Assembly: GCA_964199315.1 (NCBI GenBank)
Contig: OZ116698.1
Location: 44,330,001 to 44,394,000, forward strand
Direction: 5' to 3'
Source of the DNA: Orbicella franksi
Lineage: Eukaryota
Length of the DNA stretch: 64,000 nt
Shown: piece after piece, positions 12,901 through 28,300 of the stretch
Numbering within the stretch: position 1 is the stretch's first letter
Layout of the letters: each line of letters begins with the position of its first letter
The notes under the pieces: generated by a model
What the model saw: only the letters and a program-made list of their open reading frames with translations
The model's database searches: none
What the model was told of the DNA's origin: nothing
Position numbers and translations under genes: made by a program

Positions 12901-15900
12901 CCGATGCTTCTTGCTATGAGAGGTAGATAAACATGGACGACCCCAGCCCCGCGAAAGAAAAAACCAAAACAATTTAACTCAAGCTTCTAAACGTTCGTGT
13001 ACAACTTAAATTAATCGCAAATTGCAAGGAAATGCGACCAGAGGTATTAAATGTAACTTAAAAATCACATTTCATTTAATTCTGACGCCTGCACTTAGTT
13101 TAAGTTAAACTTCTGTTGACACAAAACTTTGCACACGAAAAATATCGTCGCGGGTTTGCGCGCTGCAGTCGTGCTATAGGGATTTGATGTATTGCGACAA
13201 GTTAGACACGCGGCGGTATTGCACACTGAGGCAATACCAAGACTTATTTACCGGGATATTTTCTGAACCATTGTACAAAACATTCTATAGCGGTCGGCAC
13301 ATTGGCGGCAAGGACCTGTGTTTGCTTTAGAGGCATCGATAGGTTACGCCGGGTTGATCAAAGTGTAAAATGAAAACATCAAGTCTTTTGTTTGCGTTTC
13401 CTTTTTCTAGCAATAACCGAAACTGCAAAGAGGATAAAGAGAACTTAGCCACTGTACCGTTGTCAAGGAAATGTAAGACTTTCATGGTTGTCTGCTTGTC
13501 AAATGGGCTGCTACGCTGAAGCTTGTTCAAGTCTGTTAATTCGGCTTTTGCTTTATTAACTACTGTAGGTGAAAGGGCTAGGAGCGGTATTTATCAAAGA
13601 TTGGAGCTGGTGAGAAAGTAGCCGGCCTCACCAGCAAGAATGTTACTATATATTCAGTAAAGGTTATTAAACAGAAGCTTCCTTTGTCGGCAAAAGACAA
13701 CTTTGATTATGGCAAATCTGTGGTAAACGAAATTCTAAAACCAATAACAAATGGGCGAGATATTAAAAGAGGTGGGAAAAGTACAGAGTGTATACTCTAG
13801 AAATACAAAGATGGAAAATAAGTACAGATTTCTTCGCCATCAAACAACCATTCACTCAAAGGGATTGTATAATACATTTAGAAAGTTATCCACCTTAACC
13901 CTGCGAAGAAAAAAAGCGTCCAAGACATGTAGAGGAACATAAACATTTTAGTGCTATATGTTGCACTTAACTGAAATAAAAGCGTGTGTTTTACTCGACC
14001 CACAGAGGCCAGCAGAACCATATTTCGTGCTCGAAAGATAAGAGACTCATTTCTTTAGACGCTTGAACAATTACCTTAAAATGCATAAGGATACAGGAGT
14101 ATTGCTCGTTCCTCCTCTCTTGGCCTTACACTGACGAAATTTGAGCAACAGAATGTGAGAGGATAAGTTTTTATTTAGAAAATATCTAAGGGAAATTCAA
14201 TATGTGTAGCATATGCTTTGGCCTACGTATGAAGACTAGCAGCCGGTGACACTTTGTTACTGAGAAACGGGTACCAGCATAAGATCACTTATCACAGCAT
14301 TAATCTTTGTCAAGATCACAGCGAAATTTGCTACATTCGTTCAGAAACAAAGTTTTCTGAGAAATCTTTGATTTCCCCTATTCAAACAGCAGCTGCGAGT
14401 CTGAGAAATATGTGAAAACTTCCGAAGTGTTTTTCGTTGGCGTAGACGTGCATCTGCTCTCCTTAGTTCATCATTTCTTGCCTTGCGGTTGGGCTAAAAT
14501 AGCTTTTTAAATCGATACTCAAGAATTATTTATTATAACTGAGGAAAGGCTCTGAGTTTAGTTCTGCATGTGCTTCTTTGCTCTGTTCAAACAAAAGTAT
14601 CATTTTAGTTGTTAACTTGCGCTGACATTAATTTTCTTTATCGCCAAATTGGAGTCTTGTTTTATTGATAGAAAATGTTAACATTTAACATGCTTTTTCG
14701 AATTCCTCAGACGTGAGTTTTTGTTATCAAGGTAAGCAATTTTCCCTTCTAATTCAAGTATTTTGCTTTCTTATTTTTGCTGGTTAGGGCCAATACAAAC
14801 TTTATCAAAATTAGCATTTTTCTTGTTTGCACACAAAACTAAACAACCACGATTTGTCGGCGAAATAAAAGTTAACTACACTTCTGTTTAAGTTATATTC
14901 AACACAGGATAGAAACACTATTTCTTAAGAAAGACGTAATGTCTGAGATTTTGTTCGTAGTTGTAAGACTCCAATATTTGTTTCGACGCTGTTTGAACAT
15001 CAAAAAGCTAAACAATGTTTAGTTTGCCGTAATTCTCGAGCTTGTTAAATTTCAAGTGACTTCTCGCAAAATACGGAATAATTGTGTGTAAATCGATATA
15101 ATCATTTTCCGACAAGGCCGCGACGAAGATTAATTAAAAACTTCACTCTGGTGTTTAAACAGCTTTGTAGGCACAAATTTTGGCAGCCCTGGTTTCCTCT
15201 CCTAGGCAGGACCTTCTCGGAAAAGGAAAACACCAATTTGATTTCGCTACCAGAGGTTAACTATCCACAACAATTGCTCCATATCCTGGGTATTCAAAAG
15301 GCAATTAACAATCTTAATTTCCACATAGATTGGCTCGTTTCAAAAGGCTTGGTTTTGAGTCCGTGTTTTTATTAAATTTATACTTTTTCAAAACAATTTC
15401 GCACGACAAAACAATTACACTTAAGACTGCTGTTATTGCCATAGGAAAGAGCTCCAATCGGATCTTTATACCTTAACTTTTTTTCGATATCAACTTCGCT
15501 AAGATATTTTTTATCTAGTTAACGTTGCCTTATCGACTATTTCGGCAGTTTAATCTTAATTGAAATATGTTTTCCTAATGCAATCATTTATCATCAAATC
15601 TGAATATACTAATTATTTTAAATGGAGTTCATATCATCCATTGCTTTTATGCTTTCACTTCGGTCACCAACAACTGAAACAAGCATTTACAAAAAAGAGG
15701 CAAATATTAATCGTTCTCAACTAGAAATAGTTTTGACAGTCTTCATTCGATTTAATTGGCAAGTTCTAGTTTAGCTCAGAGTAGAAAAGAAAATACTGCT
15801 TTTCAGGAAAAAATAATATTTCAACTCGTTATCTAAATTCTTATGATTAGCAAATGGGCCGAACCGACGCTTAAAGGAAGGGCCTGGCAAGAAATACTTT

Positions 15901-17143
15901 GAGAAATGAAAAGCAAGAAGCACTTGAACGAAAAAAATGATAGATGCCAGTAACACGCGTGTCATAAATTGATAAATTTATAAATTTATAACTACTGTGC
16001 CTACAAGTTCAAAATATGCACGTCTTAGTGGACAAAAAAGATAGACAAACAGCGCAGAGCAGAAATACGACAATTGAAAACCTGAGCTTACAGCATGTGG
16101 AGTGGAATGTTTGTTAGCCTAATAAATGGGTTTTTTTGCAAGCGTAAAGGATCTCAGTTAAGGAATGACAATCTACTACAGCAACTGATTCAGAGAGCCC
16201 ATAATCTGTGTGGTGCTAGATCAGAGCAAATACCTTATCCACCTGAGCTATGAATTTGGGGAACAGACCAGTAGCAAAGTAATTCATATCTTATGTCTCA
16301 ATAAATTTATATTACACCGTTATCATTACAGTACAGCCTCAGTTCTTAATTTTTGGAGTTGTTTTATAATTAGTAGAATGAATAACTTGTGACAAAAAGC
16401 TAAAGTGTACAATTAATAGGTGTAGCACGACAGAACACCGTCTGTTTCCTTCTAGATAAAACACAGCGTAAATGGAAAGCATATGAAAATTTGGCATCTT
16501 TAATCATTTCGAGATGTAGAATTACTTGTATACTAGAAACCTACATTTTGAAACGGATCTACGTTTATTGCAGTGTTTATAACTGAGCGGAGACCTTAAA
16601 TGTTTCTTTCGTTAACAGGTATGGTTCCAAAATCGTCGCGCGAAATGGAAGAAACGCAAGAAGACGGCTGCTATTCTCCGTCCTCCCGCTCCGATTCTTC
16701 CGTCTCATATGGCACAGGCATACAACCCAAGCCCCATAGGAGACTCCCTGTGTACCTTCCATAACGATCACCGATGGCCCACCACAATGGGCACAGCAAT
16801 GCCAACAATGGCTCCAGTCACTACTCCATCCCTACCACTCTCGCCTCCGCACCACCCATTCGCGCAGACTGGACACGAGGTTCTTCCACAATCATACTCG
16901 CACCAGGCTTCCATGCCTAGGTCACATCTCAGCATGTCCATCCAACAACAAGCCAACCCACCAGCCCAGCAAACCTTTCAACAGCCATTTGTCGGCACGA
17001 GGGAAATGCCCATTTCTTCTTCACCATCTCTACAAGATATACAATGCAGTATTCCCAATGGTGGGGAGTTGTGGCGTGGGTCCAGTATAGCGTCGTTAAG
17101 ACGAAAAGCCCTCGAACATAAGGCAGCGTTCACATATAGATAA
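9935..17143 (+). CDS. Otp: Orthopedia homeobox transcription factor (PRD class, Q50), about 312 aa, 3 coding exons: 9935-10094, 10240-10493, 16619-17143
   Basis: GT-AG introns join in frame (phase 1, then phase 0 between homeodomain codons 46/47). The homeodomain [46 protein letters not shown]|[14 protein letters not shown] differs from the recalled vertebrate OTP homeodomain at about 5 positions. Otp-specific [13 protein letters not shown] motif and OAR domain [16 protein letters not shown] are present. Confidence 0.97.
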
Positions 17144-20100
17144 GTAGAGGACTCAGTATCATTGCTTCAATAGTGAGACAGTTACTGTTACTATGTGGAG
17201 GCGTAACAAGGGGCAAGGACGAACAGCGGACATTTCATGACATTATTAGTTCAATATACTTACAATTAAGAAATTTTTAAATATGATAAATTAGGGCATT
17301 GCTTTCCTTCAGTTGATGCTATTAGAGGTTCACCTTGTTCATACCCCACTGAAATACGCCTATTTTGTTTTACAGAAGCTAGACTTTTCTTCATAGAATC
17401 GTTCGCTTAAGAACCGACCTGAATTAAAATTCAGAACCTCCTTGTAAATTTCTTGTTAATACTTTTGAACTAATGACACAAATATTGCAAACTCAAAAAT
17501 GCTCCAGCAGAATTATATAGGATACTTTATCAAAACTTCAGATACATCTTTATACATAAAACTTGTTAACTCGGTACTGCATACTAGTATTAAAAGCATT
17601 GGACATCGTAATTCACATTTACTTCTTTGATATATGTCAGGTTTGTGTCAGAATTCGGACAAAGCAAGAGTATTGGTCAACAATGTCAAAACTATTCTCA
17701 AAAGTTACAATCTTTGACTGCAAAACGCAAAGAAGTCAAAATACGACAACAACATTCTAGTTCAAGACTCCACAAGATTTGTTCCTGTATAATCAGCAGG
17801 CTTAAACAAACTCGAAAGATTGTAATTTCAAACCAAGCTGAAGTCACAGAAGCTTTGACGCCTATCAATCATAAAAAGTCATTCGCAGTGAAAATGAGCG
17901 TAAATATTTGATGCTAGTTTGTAAATCACGTCATGCTAGACAAAACAGATACTTAAAAACGAGCAGAAAATGTTGGATTGGAAATTAGAAGAGACTAATC
18001 GGTCGGAAATACGAGCTTAGAGTGTATATGGTGATCACATCAATGTTATGAATTCAACAATGCTAACATGCTTAGTTGAACATTCCTTTTCTACTTAAGG
18101 AGGAGAAACAAAAATCCCATGACCGTCTATTGATGTTTCTTTTTTCGCATTATAGACAGCAAAATTCAGTCAAACTCCAAGCACCACTTCACAATATACT
18201 TTTTTGAAAATAAATGATGCTCACGTTGAATTTTCATTGTCAAGTTAAGACTCAAATGTATTTGTTTTTTTCTCACAACCTTGTACATGACAATTATTCG
18301 AAAAAATATCATGTCGTTTGTAACCAGTTGTTTCACACTTAAAGTTGTGCAAACTGGGAGATGATTAATGTTCAAAACTCTGTATATATTGAAGAACTAG
18401 TCTTGTACACAACTAAGATCCAGACGTAATTTTCAGGTAAAAGCAATTTACTGAACAAATCTCCACATGTTTAAGCTCAAATGAAGCTCCTCACTCCAAC
18501 AGGAGGGCACTCGAAGAAATTTTCATTCCTAACCAATCGAATGCTAAAACACTTTCTCTTTCTAAACGACTCCCTTCAAGGCATTGATTTATTTACTTAA
18601 TGCAAGTTTTTTCAGCTGAACTCAGCTTACTAACGTAGATAATCAGATGTCAAGAGATAACGTATCAATTGATTTATTATTCAAAAAGGGAGATTCTAAG
18701 CTTCTATTTAAACGTTACATTCTGACCGACCGAAAATAAGCTTGTGAAGAACTAAGTTTTAGAATCAAAGCGGCACATTAACAATCACACAAATCTGTCA
18801 TACATTATGTTATCGCTTTTCTTATCTACTTAATCAATGATTAAAAGTAATGCTCTCCTTCAAATACAGAAACAGCTTCGATTGATCGATACCTTATCAA
18901 ATGTCCAGATGGAGTTAAAACGCTCTCATAATCTATGAAAATAGTACGTGTAAATTGTTAATATTCACCAGAACCACCGAGAAAACATCATAGAAAGACG
19001 TCCTTGTTGTGGTTTTAAACCAGGAATACATCCATGATTTTAAAACTGAAGTCACCGAAAGAACCGCTGGAAGATTCCCTTTACCCGTTGGGCAGAATTG
19101 TTGGCAAGTTTTAAGGTTTATCTCACAAGTCCTTAAAGCTTTCGGATTCTATTCATCATCTGGCAAAGCTCATAAATTTAATCAAAATCGAAGCGTTCTT
19201 GAAGGACAGCATTACGTTTAACGCTTTCCATAACAACAGTTCACAGTTAATCGCACAAATTTTTCAAACGCATGGAGACGACGACAAAAGGAACATATTC
19301 CTGCAACTAGGTAACCAGAATAATAAAAATAATAATAAAGTAGCCAGAGAGTCATTAGGACTGGCGCATCACAATGGATTATTTAATTGCTATTTAAGAT
19401 AGTATTTATGTTCTTTTTATTGTAAACCTGCATGTGATCTGATCACAGCGAGCAGTTATTTTGGGGCGCCCTCGCCTCGGGCTATGCTTTGATTGACGAC
19501 CTAGCGGTTCGCCAAAGACTGAAAGCTTAGCAATAGAAATGGTCAATCCAGCGTGTAATTACTAAACGAAGTCCAGTTTTAAATAAAGCTTTATGACCTG
19601 ATGGTTACTGGCTTTGTCTAATGGCTTAATGTCAATCCCAAGAGATTTTTCCAGATTCTGTCAAGCTTGCTGAACGACACTGAACAAACTCTAAGCATTG
19701 CGGGAATAATTCTTGCAACTTAAACTATGGTCTTGCTCTTAAATTGCCGCTTCAGACGATTTTCCTTCAGGGCGAAATACCTTGACCTGGTTAACGCATA
19801 TTAGAGCAGTTCACGAGAACAACAAATGCCCTCATTTCCTTATGTCTAACCAGACCACGAATTTTGCATAGGAGTTGTCAATGATAAAGGACTTATTGGA
19901 TAAAACCATTGTGATTATGCATGCGCTCTTTATAACCTGGAAGTTTCTCTTTGACGAAATATCGTGGTTTTCATTTCAAGGCCTCCCTGTCTGCGTCAGC
20001 GGGTTGGTTTTAAAGCCAATCTAACTAGACACGAGGATATCACAAGACCAGGCAATATCCGATTTTTCAAAGCAGCTTTATAAACCGCGCTCCGCACTGA

Positions 20101-21703
20101 TTGTGATTCAAAAAGCTTGTTTATTTTTAAAATCTCTTCGCCCAAACAAAATCCTCGAGCCCAAAGTTCAAACCTTCAATCAAAACATAACCCTAATGAT
20201 ATAACTATTTGAAAGAAGATGAAGATTTAAGACCACGTTTTTTTATTGGTATTTTTTTAATAAAAATAGCGGCACGTTCAACGGAATATTCACCGGTACT
20301 ATGTATCGCTGAATTGTCAACGGAATGAACTCTTTGCCGAGAATCTTAATTAAATTTGATTTTAATTTCCTTCAGCTTTGAGGCCGCTACTATAGATACT
20401 CCCTTTTTCTTTAAAATATCTGTTAATGAAAAAGGCACGACGCACAAAAGGTGAACACAATAGTTAGATTTTCCAATTTACTGGAAAATGAAATTGCGTT
20501 TTCGCGTTTGTTATAACGAAAGCGCGTTCAATTTTAAAGCAAATGTTATGAATAAAAAAAAACGCAGGCCGGGAAAACTGATTGAAAAGGTCGCTGATCA
20601 GTATCACATGCAATTATTTCATGTCTTTCCATAAGATTTGAAGATTTTGAAGCAATTTCAAAAAGAGTTCATTAATACAGCAGCCATCCCGTCGGAAATT
20701 GATTCAACAAAAGCCGAAAGCTCATCTGTACAATTGTCAAATTATTAATTGATGGGACACTGGGAGCGGAATCGCCAAGGTTACGTTTTCTCTTCACGAA
20801 AAATTGCAATCCATTTCTCAGAACTTGCTTTAATTTCCACACGTGTTACGCTTGCTGTAAGCATGCGCAGTTGACATGACGACCGTGTTACCTCGAAACC
20901 GTTAACTTTACTTAGCGATTTCAATTCTATTGCCATCACGGGATTACCAAGTCGTGCAATTAATAACCACTAATTACACACATTAGGCTAAATTTAAGCT
21001 AATTTCGAGACATCCGCACAAGAGAGAAACCTGATTCCCCACAACAGCCATCCAAATCATCGAATGATGGGAATAGGTGAAGGTTGTAATTCATAGTTTT
21101 CATTGAATACGTGGATATTCCTTTATGCTGTGTTTGCCGAATAGTTATTTCGTCCAATATCCTGCCATAGTGTGTTTATAGACCTGTGATTAAAGTAAAT
21201 CACTTAAACAGCAAACATCACACGCAAGCTTAGCTCAAGTGCTCAATTATTCGTCGTCTCCCTCGATAACCAATATCGTTTTTAAACCGCACTTGAAAAC
21301 GTTGCGTGTGAGGCAGAAAATATTAAGTTTGTTCAGAATTCAAGGCGCAACTCACCGACCGGCGAAGATTTTGCAATAGATCATTCGTCAAAATATCTAC
21401 AAAACTTATTCTAAACAAGCACGCGAAGCGATTTAGTTAACATTTATAAACTTCGTTGCTTTAAGTTCTTGAAAAAATCGAGTACAACATAGAAACATCA
21501 AGGGAAGAAGGAAAGCGCGGCGTGATTATTTGCTGTCAATCAAAATAAGCACTTCTTTCTTTTCATCTACTGTGTGCTACACAGTCTGCCCTTGCTGCGT
21601 TCATTAGTGATTAGCTTTTCTTAAGTAATCACCGCTCTGTCACTGCTAACAAACAACCACCTAATTTCAATACAATATCAGAACATAGAAAATATTGAGT
21701 TTC

Positions 21704-21720
21704 GAGGCGTGATTGGTCGG
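21704..21720 (+). promoter_or_regulatory. Rx proximal inverted CCAAT box
   Basis: gaggcgtgATTGGtcgg about 145 nt upstream of the first Rx ATG. Confidence 0.4.
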
Positions 21721-21858
21721 CTCTTTGTTATCTAGATATCTTTTGCATTATTTCGCCCGCCTAGTCCTGTTAATTCGCTGTTAGCACGAGCGGCCCAAGT
21801 ATTTTGTAACTGATTGCGGGTCGATAAGTTTAGTTGGTGTCTAAACCTGCTGATAGTG

Positions 21859-24800
21859 ATGACCAAAATGAGTTGTCCCATGAAGAAAGATTCCGCGCCA
21901 GGAAAAACTGATATGGCATGCAATGAGAGAGACAGTGAAGTCGATGATCACTTAGTCAATGCAGTTTTACAGCGAAAAGATGGCAAGTGCAATTCACCCA
22001 CAAGCTCTAAAGAGAGCCACAGCGACCGCGACTCAGATCTTGAAGACTCGAACAGTGAATTTCAAGGTAGGCTGTCTCTAAGCGATGTCATTTTAATTTG
22101 CGATGATTGTTTCGTCTTCTGGAGTGGTCGTGTCAAAACAATCTACTTCTATCTACGAAACTAAATAAGAACTCGTTTTGTTCTCGACAGACGAATTCAG
22201 CGAAGGGTCATCAAAGAAGAAACACAGAAGGAATCGCACAACCTTCACGACATTTCAACTTCACGAGCTTGAACGAGCGTTCGAGAAATCTCACTACCCC
22301 GATGTCTACACACGAGAAGAACTTGCTCTCAAGATTGACCTGCCTGAAGTCCGCGTACAGGTACATATAATTTAAATTTGCGTACTTTCCCTATTATCTG
22401 ACTGAGTGAATTCATTACCAAATTTAATATCGCTTTAGGTTTGTTAGCTTTCTTGTTAAGCCAATGATAACTCTGTTTGGCTTTAAAAACAGCGCGTGGG
22501 TCAATCTTAAGGCGGTTTTCCCGGCGTAGGTGACTTAAAGAGTTTGGGACAGTCCCCGAATCATTTGTCATGGTTATTTTCGGTTACTTTTCAGCTGCCA
22601 GGTTTAAATGTGGCGGTATATATAAAAACGAAGTCAAACAAGTCCTTGGCGATCGAAAAGAAAAGATCCTTTATTTGGAATCATGAGGAAGCGGAACTTT
22701 GAACACATTGTTTTATGTGTGTTTTGTTTTGCTTTGTGTTTTCTTCTTTACCTAGTTGAAAGTTGATTAAGAAGTACCACACTACACGGAAATTATTACC
22801 CAAAGAGTTCAGCAGCCACGCATTAGAACCCGTCATGTAACAGTAGACAAATCACACCAAAACCTCCAATTAGAAATGATGACCTATCTGGAAAAGACCT
22901 ACTCGTTATTAAAGAGACATTAACGGAAAACAAACTCGTAATGGGCAGGAAGGTGGTTATAAAACCGATAATACATGTATGTCGAGCCTGGATTAAAGGC
23001 ACCATCAAGCATTTGAGTCTTTACTAGTAAACTCTAGCGATATGCAAAAACATAAAGTTAGGGCAGAAAAAACGCGGACCAACTCAGTATTCTTTACAGG
23101 AGAAATTCTAATTTCTTATTGGGACTTTGCTCCTCAGCCATTGCAATCCCTGTTTTGTCATGCATCTCTGATAAAGGAAAAAAACCATTAGTGAGTGAAA
23201 CCTATTGCGAGTACTTATTCCTTAATAATACGCTTTTTCAGTTAGTAAAACAATGGCGCTTCCAATAGGACAACAACGAGCGTGTGAAAAACACATTCTC
23301 TGGCCGTGGCAAGAAAAATAGTTTACAGAAGGCGTCAAGAACAGAATGCAGGCCTAATTAAACTGTCATATGTGGCTTTGTCCTGTATTCGATGGGCCAG
23401 ATTTAAAGAACATATTTTTCGACAGCTCGTTTTAAAATACGCGTGGCGCCCGATAGATATTAACTATCATTAAGAGTTGATGGTGTTCCCAACGCTGGAA
23501 AAACCATTACAGGGATACAAATAAATCTTCTTTTTCCCTTCGTGTCCGTTTTTTCGCTACAATTATACGCTATTATATGGTCTAATTGCTTGGCTCAAAT
23601 TAACATCGCCTGAGTTAATAATATTTTCGTGGAGTTTGGTTCGATTTCAGCATCGAAGCATCACAAGACCAACTGAGTTCATTTTAATTCAAGTAATTTC
23701 ACATGAATGTGCGCCTTCCTTTTCAACGCGCGCTTATCGCTGGTCAAGCCTGTTTTAATTTCCTGCAAATTTCTAATTTAAAGTTTATCTTACACTAATT
23801 GGAAAGGAACAACAAAACGCAACCAAGAGGCAACTCGGATGTATAAAAACAAAGTTTAAAAACATTTAAAGGCTTCTTTGTATTAAAATGTACCAGAAAA
23901 CTACACGGAAAGTGCGAGAAACAGTTTTAATTTCGTTAGAAACTTATCTCAGTAGCACTTCAAAGGATACCAGAAATTGTCGCCTTACCCTGCCGTTATT
24001 ATCCCACATTATAAATAGTTTATGCTTTGTATGTTAATGACCGGTAAATAATTATCACTATCTGCACGTCTTGATTCAAATCAGACATCAGCTGTGTTTT
24101 ATTTCTTTAATCAAGTAAATTGCGTCAAGAAATAACACCAATATATTTGGAAAAAGAGTGCAATATTTTCATTCGTTGATGAAAAATTCTTATTAATTTT
24201 TTCGTAGAAAAGGAATTGCCGATAAATCGTGCTTCCCTTCCTTCAATCAAAATTTGACAAGCAAGGACAGAAAAAAGTTATCCTGAGCGGCAATTACTGG
24301 CTCTTTAATTCAGCATAGTTATATTGTGCTTGTAATCGAGCTTCGATTCGAAGGATTTTCTTTCACAAAACTGCAAACGTTCAATATTTTCAAAAAATCG
24401 TTTTCATCACAATTTTCTATGAGTACATTGACAATGAGACGTCAAAAAATGGCGGCAACGTCCCGCGAAGTCGATAATCTTCATAGAGTAAACTATGATA
24501 CGAAATGAAACGTTTCTGCCACAAAAGACATCGTTTATGATTCTACACAGAAAACATACTTTTTAATTGGAAAGGTAAAGTACGAAAGAGCTTAGCATTT
24601 GTAGGCTGATCAATCGTTTTAATTAAAAGCAGGTGAATTTTGCCTCCCTGTCTATCTTAAAAGACAGGTCACAGTTTTGCCACGAAATCGTCCTACATAG
24701 TGAACCTGCTGTAGTTACGTAACTACAGATTAGAGTTTTGTCCTTGAGACTGGCGCACACATTGTAATTCTACCAGAAACACAAGGTTACATCACGTCTA

Positions 24801-25375
24801 AATTAACTGATCTCAACGTCTTTTGATTTATTTATTGTTCGCCGGATTTTAGAAATTTCGTAAAATATAACTCTCTCTTGTGCTTTATCAGTCAAACTGA
24901 ATACAATCAAACATGAAGATTTTCGCAATTTTTTTACAATTTGCTATATTCATTTAAGGTGTGGTTTCAAAACCGTCGAGCTAAGTGGAGACGACAGGAG
25001 AAGATGGAGATGGCTTCCCTTGAAAACCTTCCTTCGCCAACCATAAGCCGCACCAGCTTCAACAGTTTACCATTCCCCGACCCATGGAAAAGTTCCATGA
25101 CTTTCTCTCCAGCATTTGGCGGAGCTCTATATCCACCGGTCACTCTCCCCACATCTACCAGTATCGGATGCTACGCAGGGTCATATAACCCCACAACTTA
25201 TCTACCGTTCTCCTCGTATCTACCACCTGGTGTAGGTTGTGTGGCTGCTGGTGGACACCCTGGACCCAGAGACGAGAGAAAGACAAGTATCGCTTCATTG
25301 AGAATGAAGGCAAAAGAGCACATGGAAAACCACAGTTTGAAAGAGTGGTCTGAAATCCCGACTGCTACACAATGA
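21859..25375 (+). CDS. Rx: Retinal homeobox protein Rx/Rax, about 264 aa, 3 coding exons: 21859-22066, 22191-22360, 24959-25375
   Basis: Homeodomain [46 protein letters not shown]|[15 protein letters not shown] is Rx-diagnostic. An Rx-box-like LPFPDPW and [19 protein letters not shown] are present. GT-AG introns are phase 1 and phase 0. The start codon is uncertain (21859, 21868 or 21880). Confidence 0.96.
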
Positions 25376-28300
25376 AGAACTGAAAAGAATAAGAAATATC
25401 CGAGACAGAATTATTGTTTATTTAATGAAATTTCTGACAAAGTTGTGTTTCAGTATTTGCTTGCTTTATTTTCGAATCGCAGACTTAATGAATGTGTCCA
25501 CACAACTGAAAAATTTTGACGAGAAATTCAATTCAAAAAATTCTGATTATTTAACCTAAAAATCGTTCCGTTCCACAGAAAAGTTATAAATTGTTAGGTT
25601 GTCTAATTCAATTTGAAGTCTATTGACAAAACAATAAGATGTCGCCACATGCAAATAAGCAAGACAAACTCAATGTCAAATTATGCTCAGCTAAAATTCT
25701 CTAACAGGAATTTGGCACAAGATTGAAATATATATCATATAGATCACAAATCGCATGTTTCATTTGCAATTTAAGGTAAAGCAAATCCGCTTCATTGAAA
25801 CACATTGACTAGGATTTAGGCAAACTTGAAAGCCTAATTATCCCATATAAATGAACAACAAAAAGCTCGAGTGGGCAAAAAACTTCTTCGACGTTCGATA
25901 TGCTTTATTTCTCGACACTACTTAAAGCAGACATACAATTATATTGTAATATTTAACAGGGTATTTAAGTTCTCGTTTCCGTTTTTAACGTGGTTGTAAA
26001 TTAGACAAATTCAATCCATGTATATAGCTAACGTGTTTGTCATTAGCTAGAGCTCCGATTAAGAGGCCTCAGATTACATAAAAGGAAGCTTTCTGTTTAT
26101 TTAGAGGTTTAAAACTATAATAAAGAAGTACAAAGTTGAAGAACGTTGTTTGCTTCATCGTTTTTAACTTAAAAAACTGAATTTTCCATTGTTATTCCTA
26201 ATCTCTCAACCCAGGAACAGTGTCTCTAGGAGACCCGACAAGCTTTGATTGGAACTTTCCATTGACTATTATTACAAAGGTGACTTAAGCTACTGAGAAA
26301 TTAACCTATTGTGAAAAAAAGAATCGCTATTCAATTCTAGCAAATGACAAACGTCTATGCAATGCAACGATAACCCAAATCGTGCTGTATAATATACCTT
26401 TTAAAAATAGACGCGAACCAGAACCATAAAAGGCAAACCACGACAGGAAAGTAGCAAAAGAACAATATATCTACGAACCACATGCGTCGTGAAGGAATGT
26501 TTGTTCACAATCGCCCTTTCGACAATCACTGTCAAGTCAAAAGGGAAGTGGTGTCTGTACAGCCGTCTAATAATAGTCTGATCTAACATGCGTCTGTCCA
26601 TTGGGAAGAAATTGTGAAACGCACAGTTTGCTAATGTTGCGAATGCAGATCGAGAGTTCTGTCGAAGTTCGAGCGCCGGATGGCCAAAGGTTTTTGTAAG
26701 TGTTGGGAGTAAACACTGGTGATCTTATTAAGGCATCCACACTAGGGAAGTACTCATGTCCGCTCCCTGACACGAAAACTCGTGTAGTACTTCCTTTGCC
26801 TTGAAGACAAACTCTAATTCAGTTCTAAAATAAGTTTTCTGATCTTGAAAACTGAGGAAGGAAAGTTAACTCAATAAAAGTGTCCGCTTGAACAAAAAGC
26901 ACTGAATTGTTCCAAGCAGAATTAGTTATTTAAGCTAAATACTTAGACATTTAAATGAAGTTCATTCATTCAGAATGTGTGAAGAGAATGTTGTCCCTGA
27001 AAAAGGGAGCAATTCTCTCCTAAATTGAACAGATTTCATGATAGGCGATGTGGAAGGCAAAAATAAATGAGATTGGCTACAATTTGCGTCTAAATTGTTG
27101 AGAATTTTTCAATGTCTCTCCCATCATTGTCAATCAGAGTCAGCAAGTTTTGCCAACAGAAGTTGTTTTACTTATCGCAACGGAAAGTAAGAGACATAGG
27201 CTTGGATACATGTGTTCTCACAAACTGCGAAGTGTACAACAGAACTTATTGTAAGGGTAATTTAAGTTAATGACTTTTCGCAATTACAACACAACTTACA
27301 ACACAAACTTTTGTGTTGAGTAAGACGTATTAACAAAGACGACCTGCCTTTTGCTGGGTATTCACTGAGTGAGATGATAAATTATTTGGAGAACGCTTTG
27401 ACTTTTAAAGATAAATTGCATAAGTAAACCTCTGACTAGACCGCAAAAATTTCAACAGCACATCGTTTACACCCCTCGTCATCGTTTACATAACTTAGTC
27501 ACTTTGTACAGAACTAACATTTAAGAACAACAGAAATCGTTGCCTTATACGGCAAAACTTGTTCAAAAGCGCACACTGGACGCGAATTCTTAATTTCAAG
27601 AAATATGTGTGACAAGTTATTTGGTAGCAACGCTCAAAATATGTTTGTAGACAGGAAATAAAAAGGAAAACCTTTCGGCTTGTCGCCAGAACAAATCGGT
27701 CGAAAGTCATTAATGTATAAACAATAGAGTATTCCATATAAACAAAACCTGCAATGAATCACGTTACAATATTACCATCGAGACTGAAACCTCACACGAC
27801 TATTTTAAAAACGTCTGAAACCATTAAAAAAAGCCCGTAACACTATCACATGCTGAAATACCTTACATACATGCATACTTTATTTGGTAAAGTAGGTTTG
27901 AATAGCGGCAGCCAAAGGGCTGATGTGGACCTACTACAATAAATAAGGTATAAGCTAAAAATACAAACACGAAACAGTAAGTATAAAATACGTACAGGAA
28001 AATTACAAACAGATAATGTGTGAGCTTAATTGTGAATGCAAGAAAAAAAATTTAAAAGATTGGTTGGGAAAACTCGCTTGTAGCATATCAACAACCTCTG
28101 TTGGCAAAACTCGCTTGTAAAATTTTTAAAAAAGCGATGATGCGCCGTTACAACTCTTATTTTTGAAATTTTTTACTTGCTCGCCTCCAAATCTGTTTAT
28201 CCACATGCTAAATACGTTTACTTTTGGGACAATGTATTTAAAAAGCTGTGTAGATTCTCTAAAATCTGTTCAAAACGAACCGTTTCTAGAGATACAGTTT

